The notes under the pieces were generated by a model, which did no database searches, was not told the origin of the DNA, and saw only the letters and a program-made list of their open reading frames with translations. A stretch of 64,000 bases of DNA from Octopus bimaculoides (lineage: Eukaryota): NCBI RefSeq assembly GCF_001194135.2, contig NC_068982.1, forward strand, positions 57,842,514 through 57,906,513, given 5' to 3'. Within the stretch, counting starts at the first letter, position 1. Each line of letters starts with the position of its first letter. Below, in pieces: positions 23,655-36,805 of the stretch. The position numbers and the translations under genes are program-made.

Positions 23655-24197
23655 TTACATTATATATATATATATATATACATATACAGACACACGCATA
23701 TATATATATATATATACATATATATACATACATATACACATATGTATATATACACACATATATATACATACATACATATATATACACACATACATATATA
23801 TACATACACACACATATATATACATACATACATATACACATACATATATATACATACACACACACAGAGATATATACATACATATACACATACATATATA
23901 TACATACACACACATATATACATATACACATACATATACATTCACACATATATATATATTCATACCTATATACATATATCTATATATATATATGTATANN
24001 NNNNNNNNNNNNNNNNNNNNNNNNNNNNNNNNNNNNNNNNNNNNNNNNNNNNNNNNNNNNNNNNNNNNNNNNNNNNNNNNNNNNNNNNNNNNNNNNNNNN
24101 NNNNNNNNNNNNNNNNNNNNNNNNNNNNNNNNNNNNNNNNNNNNNNNNNNNNNNNNNNNNNNNNNNNNNNNNNNNNNNNNNNNNNNNNNNNNNNNNN

Positions 24198-24266
<69 letters not shown>

Positions 24267-24275
24267 CACACACAA
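23655..24275. repeat. Cryptic (TA)/(CA) alternating purine-pyrimidine tract with an N gap
   Basis: Direct inspection; similar tracts at 19355-19587, 21996-22215, 29965-30241, 46965-47050, 54440-54660 and 56035-56400. Confidence 0.9.
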
Positions 24276-24679
24276 GCATGTATGGTTATATATATATGAT
24301 TATGTATAAACATGCATACATATATTTATATAAACATGTATATATACATATTAATGTAATAATATAAATATTTTTTTCTGTGAGTTGGTATGTATGTGTT
24401 AGCAAGATAAAGTAATCCAACTACATTCAATATGCACAAGGAACTTTGTGTTTTGGAAATTCTGGTTACAGAATTCTACACTTACGCAAAATTTAAAGTA
24501 TGACCTCAAATTTTTTGATAGTATGCTCTTGGAACCATGTGCTAATACTAAGTAAACATTAGTGTCAATTAAGTGGTTCCAGTAGATGTGGTGATGGTGG
24601 TGATACTTTATCATCATTATTATTATTATTATTTTCCGCTTGATTTGCATTTCATTTCATTTCATCTTTCTTTTTTTGT

Positions 24680-25285
24680 GAAGGCACTGAGCTGGCAAAA
24701 TGGTTACCATGCCTGACAAAATGCTTAACAGCATTCCATACATCTTTACATTCTGAGTTTAAGTTCCACCAAAGTTGACATTGCCTGTCAGGGTTGACGA
24801 AATAAGCACCAGTCAAGTACTGGGGTTGATGAAATAAGCACCAGTCAAGTACTGGGGTTGATGAAATAAGCACCAGTCAAGTACTGGGGTTGATGAAATA
24901 AGCACCAGTCAAGTACTGGGGTTGATGTNNNNNNNNNNNNNNNNNNNNNNNNNNNNNNNNNNNNNNNNNNNNNNNNNNNNNNNNNNNNNNNNNNNNNNNN
25001 NNNNNNNNNNNNNNNNNNNNNNNNNNNNNNNNNNNNNNNNNNNNNNNNNNNNNNNNNNNNNNNNNNNNNNNNNNNNNNCACCAGTCAAGTACTGGGGTTG
25101 ATGAAATAAGCACCAGTCAAGTACTGGGGTTGATGAAATAAGCACCAGTCAAGTACTGGGGTTGATGAAATAAGCACCAGTCAAGTACTGGGGTTGATGA
25201 AATAAGCACCAGTCAAGTACTGGGGTTGATGTAAATGATTAGCCTCCACTCCGAAGGTTCAGGCCTTGGGCCTATAGTTGAAATC
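24680..25285 (+). mobile_element. SINE family B hosting a 32-bp minisatellite
   Basis: Head GAGCTGGCAAAATGG..CTGAGTTTAAGTTCC; tail GGCCTTGGGCCTATAGTTGAAATCATC. Confidence 0.85.
24799..25230 (+). repeat. Tandem repeat, unit GAAATAAGCACCAGTCAAGTACTGGGGTTGAT (32 bp)
   Basis: 4 identical units left of the gap (24799-24926); one partial plus 4 units right of it (25079-25230); no spacers. Confidence 0.95.
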
Positions 25286-26644
25286 ATCATCATCATCATC
25301 ATCATTGTTATTACTATTATTAAAAAAGCAGATTAAATTTCTCAAAATAGCTGCAGAGTTCAATTTGTTCGTAACTAGACTGGGTCACACAGTGAAGTGA
25401 TGATAGGTTATTACTAAGATGGTTAACTAAACAGCTTCAAAGAACAGGAAAATTAAAGAATAGCTGCATCATATGTCATGCAGAAGAAAAGCAGACTGTG
25501 AATATATTTCATGATTTATGAGTTACAGGGGCCAATGCAGTGCAGTTTCAGATGCATTGCTAAAGAATTTGCATACAATAAATCCACCAAAAATTAAAAC
25601 TAAAGCATCTCTTAATACAGTACGAGATGCCAACCATTTATGTTATATTTCTACATTCATAGTTGATAAACTAATGATTTCATGAAAGTTTCTGAATAAA
25701 CAAAAGGAAGTTGGTTGGACATATATAAAATATTAGCCTTGCCAGTAAAATATTCAAGAATATTAAAAGATCATCAATAATTCTATTCTCACTGAACAGG
25801 ACAAAATTGGCAGCAGCAGAAAATGACTTCATATATTTGTCTTATAATGTCTGGAAACTTGTAACTTTTCCTATCATCTTTAACCATTATTTTATTATTT
25901 CGGAATTCTTACCAAATATATAACAAAGAGAATTTGTAACCCACACTTGACCTACAGTTTCTGAAATATTTCAAAAGAAGAATGCTTTCAATCAGAGAAT
26001 ATGAGAATTTTGAGATACAAATTCTAATGCTTAAACTATATTTTCTGGATGTGAAGGAGTAAAGAGTTATTTGTGTCTTTTCATTTCTTATGATTACTTG
26101 CTGTCTTATTTGATCAGGGATCAAACTGGTTTTATCAAACATAACAGGTCAAACATCCTGCAGAAAGAGCTAATAACTTCCTTTATATAATAAGGTCTTT
26201 GGTAAAAACCTGATAGTTGGAAGAATAACTGATGTCAGTGCTGTAGCTACTGCATGTGTCACCCACCCCACAATCTGTGCCTCCTATATAAGCTTATACA
26301 GCAGACCCAAAAGTGCCATCCCCATTAAAAATATCATCCAAAGCAGAAACCCCTTTGCCTCTCCTCTCCTAGCTATGCTATTGGCTGTTATAACCTGAGA
26401 TATGAAGGAATTTGAAGCACTGTTAAAATAAGGTCATTCTTGTAGTTAGGGAGAAAAATGAATAAATAATGACAGTAACTTTAGGTAAACAGAGAATTAT
26501 ATTTCCTCTCTATTTGCAGTTGCGGAACAGCCCAGGATAGGAATCAATGGATGAGAGCAACCCATGACTAATATTATATAATGGAGACTAAGCATATGGA
26601 CAGGCATCATTGATACAGAGAAAGATGATGAGCTACAGCTGTAT

Positions 26645-26855
26645 CTTTTATCTTTTAGACTGCGGCCATGCTGGGGCACTGCCTTGAAGAATTTTTAGTT
26701 GAATGCATCAACCTCAGTATTTATTTCTTTTAAAGCCTGGTACTAATTCTATCAATTTCTTCTGTTGAATTGCTAAGTTACAGGGATGTCAAGCAGTGGG
26801 AGTGGGGGGAAGGACAAACACAGACACAAAGACACACACACGCACGCATATATAC

Positions 26856-26908
<53 letters not shown>

Positions 26909-27065
26909 ACAGGCTTCTTTCAATTTCTGTCTACTAAATCCACTCACAAGGCTTTGGTTGGCCCAAAACTATAGTAGAAGACACTTGCCCAAGGTACCAC
27001 ACAGTGAGACTGAACCTCAGACCATGTGGTTGGGAAGCAAGTTTTGTACCGCATGGTCATACCTG
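26645..27065 (-). mobile_element. SINE family A, near full length
   Basis: Reverse-complement 3' module, (CA)(TA)(TG) tract, reverse-complement head. Confidence 0.85.
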
Positions 27066-27099
27066 TATATAAGCTTCCATTTAATAAACCAGGAGTTTG

Positions 27100-27222
27100 G
27101 AGTGTTGAACTACTGGACATATGTATTTCCTCTAAAGCAATTTGTTTGACTAAAACCTTTCAAGGCAGTGCTCCAGCATGGCCGCAGTCAAATGACTGAA
27201 ATGAGTAAAGAAATAAAAGAAT
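27100..27222 (+). mobile_element. SINE A 3' tail
   Basis: GGCAGTGCTCCAGCATGGCCGCAGTCAAATGACTGAAATGAGTAAAG. Confidence 0.75.
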
Positions 27223-27544
27223 AGAAATATTTTGGGTTTTTTTTTCCATGTGTGATATGCCTAGGATGACATTATGTAATATTATCCATTGTGTTCTCCC
27301 AGTTTTAAGATAGCAAGGTGTGATTTAAAGAAAATTTGGCAGCTATTTCTAGAAGGACAGGTAACCATAAACAGGTTCTTTAACTGTATTGTGTGGAGGA
27401 TACCTTGCACTGGTGCTGAAACTAAAACTCTGATTTCACTAGCTAATGATACATAACCTGAAGAAAAACTAAAATGAATTTAAATATTTTACTCCTGTTT
27501 CTGTCCTCATTCTTCATCCCTCTCCCCCTTCTCTCTCTCTCTAT

Positions 27545-27970
27545 CCCTCCCTCTGATTGAGTAACCGTGTATCTTTTCCACTGCAAGACATCTGTTTCTA
27601 TCCTTCTGGCACACTAACTTCTCATCATCTGGAACAAGGCCACCTCCTCCAATACCCCTCCCCTCAAAGGATCTTTGTTACTTGGAGACCCTGCCAGTGC
27701 TGTTTCATCCAGTCCACACTGTAAGGTGGTTGGTGTTTGGAAGGACATCCAGCTACAAAACCCATGCCAAAACAGGCCTTGCTGGTGCTGGTGCCATGTC
27801 AAAAAAAAGTGAGTTCACTCTATAAGGTGATTGGCATTATGAAGGGCATCCAGCTGTAAAAACCCTGCCAAAACAACTGAAGTCTGGTGCAGTCTTCTGC
27901 TTAGCCAGCTCCTGTCAAACTGTCCAACCCATGCCAGTATGGAAAACAGGCATATGATGATGATGATGAC
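27545..27970 (+). mobile_element. RTE-associated 3' UTR fragment with two V-like blocks and (GAT)n tail
   Basis: GGAAGGACATCCAGCTACAAAACC (~27740) and GAAGGGCATCCAGCTGTAAAAACCCTGCCAAAA (~27841). Confidence 0.7.
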
Positions 27971-28059
27971 GGCAATGGTGATGATGGTTCAAAGTTATGA
28001 TATGAACATTGTAACTAGATTTCTCTTAAGTGAATAACTAAAAAAAAATATTAATTTAA

Positions 28060-28540
28060 TTAGACTGGAACATAGAGAATTTAAATTTTTCCACTATGTC
28101 AGAAAATTTTACGTAAAGAGATGGAGATATAAAAATACATGACAAAAATAACATAATTGCTCTTAAAGAAAACACTGTAAAAGACACGACATACATATTA
28201 GCGATAAACTCTTGGCAACTAAACAATGCGTTAATGCCGTCATTATGAAGAGGCTTATGGAACAAGGCACGCACACCGGATCAAATCCTGTCGAAAGAAA
28301 GGTCAACATTGTGAAAAGCTGTATAGAATTAGGAGATTCCTTCATAGCTATGGAAAATTTGATTATGTGCTGAACTGCTAGTGTGACCAATATGTTGGAA
28401 GGCCAGTGACATTTGACAAATGTAATGACATTTCAGTATAATAACTAAGCAGGAGAAATCTCATCAAAGACAGATTAATAAGCAGAGTGATTTGCCAAAT
28501 TGTATTAAGAATAGTCATGTATATTAAACATTTTTTTGTC
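28060..28540 (+). pseudogene. Possible decayed DNA-transposase remnant (FLYWCH/Mutator-like?)
   Basis: Frameshifted protein-like segments KFFHYVRKFYVKRWRYKN, DKLLATKQCVNAVIMKR and TPDQILSKE; resemblance by eye only. Confidence 0.25.
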
Positions 28541-29965
28541 AGCTTATTATTCTTTTGTTTCATTTACAGAAAAAAAAAGGAGGAAAAAAATTGAGAAAGG
28601 TCAGAGATAGAATATTTTTTTAAAAGTGTTTTATCTTGAAGATATTTTGTACTTTTTGCAGCTTTCTTTTTTATATTTTGGAACTATATTTTTTTCTTGC
28701 TTTATTGTCTATTCTATTTCAGCTGATTTAAAAGACAAAAAAAAAAAAATGATATAAATTTCTTTTTAATGTCTTTTAGCTGTTCATTTAACCTTTTCTG
28801 ACACCTGTCTTCATTTCTAAAATGACTATTTAAGAAAATACCATTTAAATTTTAACTTTTAAGTCTGATGGATTGGTTAGATTTAATCTGAATATTTCTG
28901 CTTCTCCTCAAGTTTAAAGGTGGCCCCACAGAATGCCACTACCTCTAAACTGAAGAAGAAATGTTTAGTTTAAATCTTAACTGCAGGTATGTTGAGTCTG
29001 TGTGTTAAGTGGCATATTTAGTTGTAGTCCTTTTACTCCTGAAAATGGGCAGTCGTGAGTTGTATATCAACTTCTTATATTTATTTCTGAAGCAATCAAA
29101 CAAGTCATCTTACACGTGTGCACACACACACACACTTACACAGAACTTCCCCTTAAATTTATCAATATCAATTTCAATCTCGTCAACATCAGGTTCAAAT
29201 TCATCATGATCAGCCTCAATTTTGCTAAATTCAATTTCAATAACATTGTTGTCTTTCTTGACTTCATTATAGTGAGTTTTAATTGAGTCACTGGCAGAAA
29301 TAAATAGCATCAGTTTAACCTTTTATTATTATTCTCATTTCTTACCTCTTTTAATATGTTTCTCCAAAAATTCAACAAACATCTTTAGTAACCAAAATTA
29401 GGAGTAGTAAATATATATTCCATTTTGGAATGAACAAGAGAAGAGAAGACATGTGAGATAGAGAGTTGCTGAAGAGGTCACAGAATGTGTGATGTAAGAA
29501 CATTGACAAAGGAACAAAAATAATGGTAATAACACTGAAGTGAAGACCAAATGTATAGTGCATGTATTTAATTGGCAAAATATGACCATCACTGAGTATA
29601 ACAATATATATCTATATATATTTGTGTGTGCATATATAAACATGGAAAAATTTCAGGTCTTGTATTTACACAAGTAATGCTAATCAATATCATATTAACA
29701 GACTGATAGATAGATAGATAGATTGAGAGACTAAGAGAAAGAGAGAGTAAAACGGAAGACACTTAACATTATCTCACATTTTTTTTATATGTATTGGATG
29801 GAACCGTGAAAACAGTGATTGCATTCCAATAAAAATTGCTGTGGGGCTAACAACATCCTTAGATGGGGTGCGAGCAGTGACAAGAGACACTATTTATGCA
29901 ATTGAGTTCATAAGGGGACTTGTCAGAAAATAAATCATCATAAGCAATACTAAAAACACAAATAT

Positions 29966-30011
<46 letters not shown>

Positions 30012-30999
30012 TATATACACATACATACTTATCCACATTCACACACACAAAGACTGGATTTTACTATCCCTCTTCCTTTGTGTTATACATATATCCACAT
30101 ACATACATATATACATACATATTATACATATATATATATGTGTGTGTGTGTGTGCATGTATATACACATATACATACACACACACATATATATTTATGTA
30201 TATACATATATTAATGTGTATATATATATATATATATATATNNNNNNNNNNNNNNNNNNNNNNNNNNNNNNNNNNNNNNNNNNNNNNNNNNNNNNNNNNN
30301 NNNNNNNNNNNNNNNNNNNNNNNNNNNNNNNNNNNNNNNNNNNNNNNNNNNNNNNNNNNNNNNNNNNNNNNNNNNNNNNNNNNNNNNNNNNNNNNNNNNN
30401 NNNNNNNNNNNNNNNNNNNNNNNNNNNNNNNNNNNNNNNNNNNNNNNNNNNNNNNNNNNNNNNNNNNNNNNNNNNNNNNNNNNNNNNNNNNNNNNNNNNN
30501 NNNNNNNNNNNNNNNNNNNNNNNNNNNNNNNNNNNNNNNNNNNNNNNNNNNNNNNNNNNNNNNNNNNNNNNNNNNNNNNNNNNNNNNNNNNNNNNNNNNN
30601 NNNNNNNNNNNNNNNNNNNNNNNNNNNNNNNNNNNNNNNNNNNNNNNNNNNNNNNNNNNNNNNNNNNNNNNNNNNNNNNNNNNNNNNNNNNNNNNNNNNN
30701 NNNNNNNNNNNNNNNNNNNNNNNNNNNNNNNNNNNNNNNNNNNNNNNNNNNNNNNNNNNNNNNNNNNNNNNNNNNNNNNNNNNNNNNNNNNNNNNNNNNN
30801 NNNNNNNNNNNNNNNNNNNNNNNNNNNNNNNNNNNNNNNNNNNNNNNNNNNNNNNNNNNNNNNNNNNNNNNNNNNNNNNNNNNNNNNNNNNNNNNNNNNN
30901 NNNNNNNNNNNNNNATATATATATATATATCATATCATATCATATCATATCAAATATCACCATCATTGCTTAATGCCAGATCTTTTTAGTTATTTACTC

Positions 31000-31330
31000 T
31001 GAAATCACTAATTAGTAGCCTCTGTTGGGTGGTAATTTCTTGACCCGAAAATGACTTATAACTCACAACCATCTATTTATTCCGGTTTCTAGTGGGTATA
31101 AAGTCTATTTGGTCTGTGTGTTCATCTGATTGGTAGATGAGCAAGTGGATGGTGACTTTTCTGCAGATACAATTTCAAAGATTGGGTCATTTTACTCTCA
31201 GAAGTTTAGCAGCTCTGATCACTCTTATTCCTCATACCATAACAATTGCTAACAATTGCCTTCATGTATACCAGAAGTTTTCTTGGTGTTGTCTCAAATA
31301 AATTGCCAGCCTTAATCATGAGGACAGGAT
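31000..31330 (-). pseudogene. RTE LINE APE-endonuclease C-terminal fragment
   Basis: YGMRN..., HLLIYQSDEHTDQIDFIPTRNRNK*MVVSYKSFSGQEITTQQRLLISDF, matching the QIDY/F...TQHRLL APE motif. Confidence 0.75.
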
Positions 31331-32176
31331 ACTGTCAGTTGTTATAGAAGTTGTTTACAAAAGCATCTCATTAACAGCGATTCTTCTGTACCTCAGTCAC
31401 ATTTCCCAACTATGGAAGTGACAATTATATAGAGGAAAATATCACAGTTGTGATGTTCAGCATACACATTCTGGTATCTCGGTCATCATATCTATTCATT
31501 TCTCTACTAACAGTATGTCCCCACCCAAAAGAGTGTGTGTGTGTATGCATGTGTGCATATATATATATGTGTGTGTGTATGTCTATCATTATATGTGTGT
31601 ATAAACACATTTACAGATTTGTACATACAACATACATAAGCATACATACACCCATAAAAAAGTAATAAATTGTCATTTCCTGTCATTAATATTAATTAAG
31701 AAAGAACGTTTAATGACATTTTGATTAGTATAGAAACTTAGTAATGTACTGTAATAAATCTTCAATACCTGCCATCTAAGCTTCCTCTTCTACTCCTTTT
31801 TTCCAGTCTATTCAAATGTCTCCTACCAAGATATGCTTCATGATCTACACTAAAATCAACAATACTCTGTGTACTACAAAATGTATGCCTTTCTCTAATA
31901 GTCAGAGTCTTCAGATATATCAAAGAGTAACACCATGTGAAGTAATAGTTTGTTTCTTTGTTTTATGACATAGTTGCAGGAAGAAGAAAAGGTCCTTAAT
32001 TTTTTAGGCAGAAACTTTAGCATTGATCAGAAAAAGATAGGAAAATCCAGAAACCCAAATCAAAGAGAAGGCAACCGAGACTGAATGCTTGCAATAGAGT
32101 AGATTCAACTGAAGGCAACTGAGGACAGTTTCTGTCAAAGCAATTTCATTCACAAGGCTTCAGTTGACCTTGGGCT

Positions 32177-32531
32177 CTGCTTACTTTTACTTAAGCCCTT
32201 CACACCCTTTGGAGTAAAGGCCTTCAATGACTTTTCTCCACTGTTCTTGCCCTCAGGCTATCTTTTCTGTGTTCCAGAGGGAAGGCCCTCCTCTCTCAAG
32301 TTTTGAATTGCCATCAATGCTTCTGTAACTGCTTTTTTTCTAGACAGGGATGTTGGCCTTATGTGCACCCATTTTATGTCTGGGAAGAGGTGGTCCATAT
32401 TAGTCTGGCTTCTATCCTTTGTCCTGTCCAGCATGGGAGACCTTATCAGGAGCTTTCAACTCTGCTGGCACAGCTCTTTGGGTCATTGAGGAACACAAAC
32501 CACCACATTACAACAAGAACTGAAACTTTTG
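32177..32531 (-). mobile_element. Short bipartite RTE derivative (5' UTR-like part plus ORF2 3' end) inserted in a SINE A fragment
   Basis: 3' part reads EQWRKVIEGLYSKGCEGLK* with a TAAG-type tail; 5' part GGTCTCCCATGCTGGACAGG..AGCCAGACTAA; flanking 14-mers 32163-76 and 32532-45 match 12/14. Confidence 0.6.
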
Positions 32532-33329
32532 GTGGACCTAGGGCTAAGGTAGAATGTTATCTAAATACCTTAAATTAAATGCCGTATTATCTTCTGTAAG
32601 TAAAATAAGATGATCACCATTTTCAAAGACAAATGATCTCAGTTTAAAAGGTACTACAATAAAGTCAGTGTGGCAAAACAGAAAAAGCTGGTAATAAAAA
32701 TGCTTGTAATGTTTTGTACAAACCATCAATGAAATGCTAAAAAATTTAATGGGATGAACCAACAGATCATACAGTCACATATTTATGCAAATCTGGTTTT
32801 ACCAAGTGCGTTTTGCCCATATGTAATACACATAATTCTACTTGCCCCAGTCAGCTTCAATGGTAGCTCTACTCCCTTTATCAGGTTTGTATGATTGATG
32901 GAAGAAAGAGAATCTTGCTATGAAAATATTTGATTTCCTAATTAGAAAATGCTGAAATTTGTAATAAATAAACAATGAATACAAATAAAATTTTGTTGAT
33001 ATTTTAATTTCATCATCTCAAAAACTCCCTATCTACTGCTTTGCATTTTGGCAAGACATTGCATCATTCTGCTAAATATTCTTTTTTAAATTATCTGAAA
33101 CATTTTTCTTTTTTTCTTTTATATTTTTCCATAGCATTTTTTCTTTAAATAATAAATTCTATAATTTAGGAAATAAACACATAAACTCTGAGAAATCCTC
33201 ATGAAAATATTAAAAAATTCAGTTTCAAAATTTGATTGTAGATTTTTTACTTCACTTGAGTCACTAATATTCTTGGGAAAGCAAGAATTTTATGACTGTC
33301 ATTTTCCTCCCCTTAAAATCAATAAAGCC

Positions 33330-33760
33330 TAATTCTACACTGATGCGGAATACAACATGTAACAAGAAACAAGCCCTGCTCAATGGCCAACTCTCTACAA
33401 AGCTAAAGTGCAAACAGCATTGGAGTATTGCTCTTATGTCTGGGACATAGTTACTGCTACTACCCATACAAACATCCATGATGGCATTTAAAAGAAGACC
33501 ATTTGCTTAATTGGTAAAGACTCACTCACCAACACATTAAAGCCATTTGATCACAAGCACACTGTGTTGTAATAGTAACACTTCTGTTACTATTACAACT
33601 GCCTCTGCTCTTCTGAAATAACAGCCAGCATATCATCTTCATCCAAGCTTGCTTGGCCCACTCACCTTTTCATCCTATCATCCCTACCAAGTTTTATTTC
33701 CCAAATGGCATTAAGAATAAATAGCCTATTTCCTTAGTATCTACCCAAGACAAATGCTTC
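33330..33760 (+). pseudogene. CR1/Jockey-group LINE ORF2 C-terminal fragment
   Basis: TLYKAKVQTALEYCSYVW...I*KKTICLIG..LKPFDH..YYNCLCSSE, resembling LYKAQVRPxLEYCSxxW. Confidence 0.75.
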
Positions 33761-33904
33761 AGAAGCACTGGACAATTTGTTGAGTTAAGAGGAAACACAA
33801 CTAGGGGGATGCAAATAAGTATTGATAAAGTTAATTACGGTTTTATTTTCATGTCTACACAATTACAATACTTTTCATAATTATTTGCAATTTTAGAGAC
33901 TTAA

Positions 33905-34115
33905 ACAAGCAGAAGTGTTAGTGAATCAAACAAGATACTTTGTAGCATTTCTGCATTTCTGCATTTCTCCAATCTCTTCACATTCTGAGTTTAAATGTCA
34001 CTGAGGTCATTCTTTCAGTGTTGATTAAATAAGTACCAGTTGAGCACTGGGGGTTGATGGAATCAGCCAACACCTACCTCTGTAATTACTGGCCTTATGC
34101 CAAAATTCGAAATCA
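33905..34115 (+). mobile_element. SINE family B, diverged
   Basis: CTGAGTTTAAAT..GTTGATTAAATAAGTACCAGTTGAGCACTGGGGGTTGATG. Confidence 0.75.
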
Positions 34116-36078
34116 TAATTATAGTTATATACAAATATGAATCTTCTAATTGAATAAAACATGAAAATAAAACTAATTAATTTTGTTAGTACTTAACTGC
34201 ACCTCCTTAGTTGTGTATTTAAAAAAAAATTTCTCTTAACCCATTACCTCCCATAATTCTGTTAACTGGAATTTTGTTTATGAAACTTTGATTTCTAGCA
34301 TAAAACAGCTTTAGAAACACACTGGAATGATCAAAATAACATTTTAAATAGAAATAAGCGAGATATTGGGTGAAAAATTAGCAAACCTCATTTGAATATC
34401 AGAGAAATATACCTAGTAGATATAGCAAAAAGGTTAGATATTTAATTGTGGAAAGTATCCATGGCAAAATTAGTTAACCTACAACTCCAACAAACAGCAC
34501 AAAATACTTTCCTAATCATTCCTTTCATAATTAAACTGCCTTGGAATTACCTCCTGGCCCATTATACAAGTATCAACCTACAGAAAGTTCACCTGTATCA
34601 ATCTCAACAGCGTAGGATAGCATGAGGAGTTCAGAAGATTTACCTCTCTCCTACACCACTTTTCAATCCTTCAATAGACGATAAATAAAACTTATAAAAA
34701 TGCTTTAATTGAGTCATATAAATGCAGTATTGATTATTGATTGGGAATCACAACAAAGTATAGTTGGTGAGAAGTAACAACATTTAGTCCTGAGAATAAA
34801 ACAGGTCCTTTGTTTTGTTTAACAGAAAATACCTTCAAACATACACCACAATCAGTGTGGTAGTAATGAACATCTGGACTAGACCATTAAGAGTCATAAC
34901 TTTTTACAGTTGGTGAGGGAAAACAACGTTTAGCTATAAAAATCAAATAGGGCCTTTGTTTTGAATAACTGAAAATGCCTTCAAACACACATCACAATTG
35001 GACAAAACAATCTGGAACATCCGACTCAAACAACACAACACAACACAACACTGGAAGCATAGAAGTGAAATGATGATGATGATGATGATTAAGTTTGTAG
35101 ATTGTAGTGTCTTTCTGTTAAACTAAATGACCTTAGAATGACTCTGTGAAGCATGACAGTGTAACCATACCAAATTAGGAAAATAAGGGACACCAGTATG
35201 TTTGAAAAAAATATTTGTTCATATGACTCCATATTGTGTTTGGTGATAATGTAACTCCTGACTGATTACAGCCAGAATGACCAGCAAGACAGGATATGGT
35301 CAAATAAACATTTTCAAACAAAATACTAATAATCTATTTGAACACTCTATAATAATAATGATGATAATAATAATTTTATTATCATTGTTGTTGTTTTTCT
35401 TTTCTTTTTTGTTTTTAAATATTTTTCTACTATGATTTTTGAACAAACTGTTGTACTTAAATATTGTCATCAAAGACCTTTTCTTTTAGTTTCCAAAGCC
35501 ACATACTAAGTTGCAAACACCACCACCACTATTACTGCTACAATAACAAATTAAAAAAGAAAAGAAAAGAAGAAAACAAACACTGCCAAAAGCCATTGTA
35601 CAACAAGGACAAGAAACAGAAAAATATTTGCTAATCTGGAAAGTCAAACAATTATGTGTGTCACTATTTTTGGTTGTGCTTTGTTTTTGAGCACAAATAA
35701 ACTTTTAATAAAACCAATATTGACTCATCGACACAATTAGGGTATCTTATGGCTTTATATTCTGGAGTTTTTCCTTTCCAGAACGGAAGAGTAAAGAGAG
35801 TGGTAGGGAAAGCAAAAGTAAGGGAATGGCATTAGAGAAGAAAAAAAAAATCAGAATTAAACCACTGATTTTTTTTTTATTGCACTATAAACAAGTGGGT
35901 GAAAAAAAAATGTGTCAAATGAAACAAAGTTTGTTTGTTTAGAAGGGAACAAAAAAATCCCCCATCAAAAATGCAAGAAACAAATAAAAAAATAAATATA
36001 ACAAAATACTGAACACAGATCAAGTGTGGCCAATTAAAACAGGAAAGAGCTAAAACTTTAATGGAAGGAATGAGGAGA

Positions 36079-36115
<37 letters not shown>

Positions 36116-36641
36116 CAACAACCGCAATAATAATAATAATAATGATAATAAAACAGCAAAAAAATTATAAATAAATAAATATAAAAAAAAGGAATTTTAC
36201 AATGATGAGCATTGTTACTCTTGTGACATCAGAAATGGATGTTTGGTGGGGCAGAAAAGTCCTGAACGTATGTTTCTTATATTATGATTGGAGTGGGCAG
36301 TAATATTGGTCTAGAAATTGAGGAGGAGAAGGAGGAGGATTAGAAGCACCAAACAGATGCACATAACTAAACTAATATCGAGAACCACCATAACCATTTA
36401 GGCAGTACTCAGTAACCTAAATGGAACATCATCATGATCACGATCATGATCATTGTTATCAACAACAACAATAGCAGTGGCAGCAGCAACAATAAACAGT
36501 GACTTTGAAACAGTCCTAATATGCTACTGACAGAACAGTAAACATCTCTAAAAAATATCAACCATATTTGGCAATTAGAAAATATTTCTGAGTTCCAATA
36601 CCTCAGCAATATTGAACTGAAAGTTATTATTTTTTTTTCTT

Positions 36642-36661
36642 ATAATGATTTCTTTTATAAC

Positions 36662-36754
<93 letters not shown>

Positions 36755-36805
36755 TGTTATTGTTATTATTATTATTATTATTATTATTGTAAAAGAAATC
36801 ATTAT
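36642..36805. repeat. (AAT)n/(TTA)n foldback with 15-bp unique inverted ends
   Basis: ATAATGATTTCTTTT (36642-56) is the reverse complement of AAAAGAAATCATTAT (36791-805). Confidence 0.8.

Noticed and set aside
23584-24367. Long ORFs such as [12 protein letters not shown] runs here and at 1269-1636, 19066-19649, 29964-31002, 46565-48666 and 56050-57273
   Set aside because: Translations of microsatellites and N gaps
24799-25230. CRISPR-like array of 32-bp hairpin repeats
   Set aside because: No spacers, no cas genes, eukaryotic context, and the unit derives from the host SINE
29110-29310. Acidic minus-strand ORF (EADHDEFEPDVDEIEID) resembling a piggyBac N-terminus
   Set aside because: No catalytic-domain remnant or properly oriented TTAA/TIR nearby
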